DNA from: Octopus bimaculoides
Lineage: Eukaryota
Assembly (NCBI RefSeq): GCF_001194135.2
Contig: NC_069000.1
Location: 39,730,347 to 39,794,346 of the forward strand
Reading direction: 5' to 3'
Length of the DNA stretch: 64,000 nt
The notes below the pieces were generated by a model. It was not told where the DNA came from, did no database searches, and worked only from the letters and a program-made list of their open reading frames with translations. The number at the start of each line of letters is the position of its first letter. The stretch's first letter is position 1. The position numbers and the translations under genes are program-made. This document shows, piece after piece, positions 62,378-64,000 of the stretch.

Positions 62378-62560
62378 AAATGCGAAACAAGGTGGAAAAA
62401 TAGTACTCGAATACCAGAGGTAGAGTAATATGCTTTATTAAAAGCAGCAAAAATATCACAAAAACTGTTATTCTGAGTTTCACGTTCCCGTTCCCGTTCG
62501 TGGGAACGTGAAACTCTGAGTAAGTGTTTTTGTGATATTTTTGCTGCTTATTAATAAAGT
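62378..62560. mobile_element. Short palindromic element C, copy 2 (centre deleted)
   Basis: Approximately 58-bp arms ctttattaaaagcagcaaaaatatcacaaaaac...gagtttcacgttccc (62432-62489) and gggaacgtgaaactc...tttttgtgatatttttgctgcttattaataaag (62502-62559); TA-repeats on both sides. Confidence 0.85.
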
Positions 62561-62596
62561 ATATATATGTGTGTGTGCGTGTGTGTGTGTATGTGT

Positions 62597-62635
<39 letters not shown>

Positions 62636-63374
62636 AGTGTGCCTGTGTGTGCGTGTGTGTGTGTTTGAGTGAGTGAAAGTAATTTCAGAGATGGTTTACT
62701 CCACGCAGAATCTGCAGGAACTTCTCAGAGGATTTTGCAGGATATTCTAAAGCCATTGCAACGCTGGAAACATACCCAATTGTTAGCAGGTATTTCATAC
62801 AAGCACATACACAAACATACGTACGTACATACATACATACATACATACATACGTAATTAAGATAGCTAATGAACTTGAAGAGAGGTATGTGCTCGTAACT
62901 GAATTTGAACCCGTATCCGCAAAATGTGCTTTCTTGCATAAAATCTTATGTTCTCATAACTAGCAACAAATCAACATTAATCGAATCTCTTGCTCAAACT
63001 ATCACTTTAATATTGATGTTAGAAGCAGAGAAAAGAAGGGGAAAATGAGAGAGAGTGGGAAAGAGAGCAAGAGAGAGAGAGAGAGAGAGTGAGAGGCGTG
63101 TTGATTGTAGGAGGGCCACAGTGAGAAGGGAAAGACAATGATTATTCGAAATACAAAGATTTCGATAAGAAATACGAAGAGCGGTAGGACAGTGATGCTG
63201 AGAGAGTCAACATTGTAGTGGAAGCGGAGCAGCAGATGGTAACAGAGAAAGGAAGAGGCGGAGAACAAAATGGACGAATATACACACGGAGATTTGATAA
63301 ACTATAAAATACTATATCATCGATAAATAAACATGATAGATAAATACATATGTAGATCGATCGATCGATAGATA

Positions 63375-63377
63375 GAC

Positions 63378-63452
<75 letters not shown>
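63375..63452. repeat. (AGAT)n microsatellite; further arrays at about 10021, 33789, 39989, 52286, 59324 and 63844
   Basis: Direct reading. Confidence 0.95.
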
Positions 63453-63453
<1 letters not shown>

Positions 63454-63492
63454 GGAGAGAGAGACAGAGAGAAGGGGAGAGAGAGAGAAGGA

Positions 63493-63525
<33 letters not shown>

Positions 63526-63842
63526 TAGGCAGGTAGATAGATAGATAGATATGTAGTTATGTGTAAATATACGCCCGCACATTAAATTATTAAAACTATG
63601 CACAATACGGCATATATCAGATAATCGGATGTTTAATGCATGGATACTAACGATGTTTTTTGTTCTTTAATTATAAACCACGCTTCAAAATAGGAACAAA
63701 TGTTTATAACTAAATATATATTTTTTATTAGTGTTTACATTTCACTGTATGTTTGCAATTTAAAACAATTCCTACGTAAGCCTACATTATACACACACCA
63801 GTTCATATACAGACATATACAGAAACACACACACACACACAC

Positions 63843-63914
<72 letters not shown>

Positions 63915-64000
63915 GTAGATAGATAGATAGATAGATACGTATATGTATATATACATACATACGTACATACATACACACATACACACACACACACATATAT

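Noticed and set aside
1-64000. CRISPR arrays, rRNA, operons, viral or organellar inserts
   Set aside because: No regularly spaced repeat-spacer array, no rRNA-like or gene-dense segment; the composition is uniformly that of repeat-rich animal nuclear DNA.

Overview
AT-rich, microsatellite-dense eukaryotic genomic DNA from a gapped short-read scaffold, with 16 N-runs that almost all open or close in (TA)n. The SINE repertoire resembles octopus (coleoid cephalopod) DNA; this is inferred from recalled repeat sequences, not a search. I found no rRNA, true tRNA, CRISPR array or identifiable host gene, and most listed ORFs are artefacts of N-runs or dinucleotide repeats. The window contains (1) many copies of about four tRNA-derived SINE families; (2) decayed coding fragments of a Charlie/Buster-type hAT, a TTF-finger hAT, a Chapaev3-like transposase, three Penelope-like (PLE) reverse transcriptases, an RTE-like triple zinc-finger C-terminus, and weaker R4/Dong-like and CR1-like pieces; and (3) mariner and hAT MITEs. 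The most interesting unexplained signal is a set of short, TA-repeat-adjacent, probably PLE-derived elements carrying minimal type-I hammerhead-ribozyme-like folds, one family arranged as a back-to-back palindromic pair. A tail-to-head SINE junction also recurs identically at three separate loci. A few low-confidence candidate exons are flagged.
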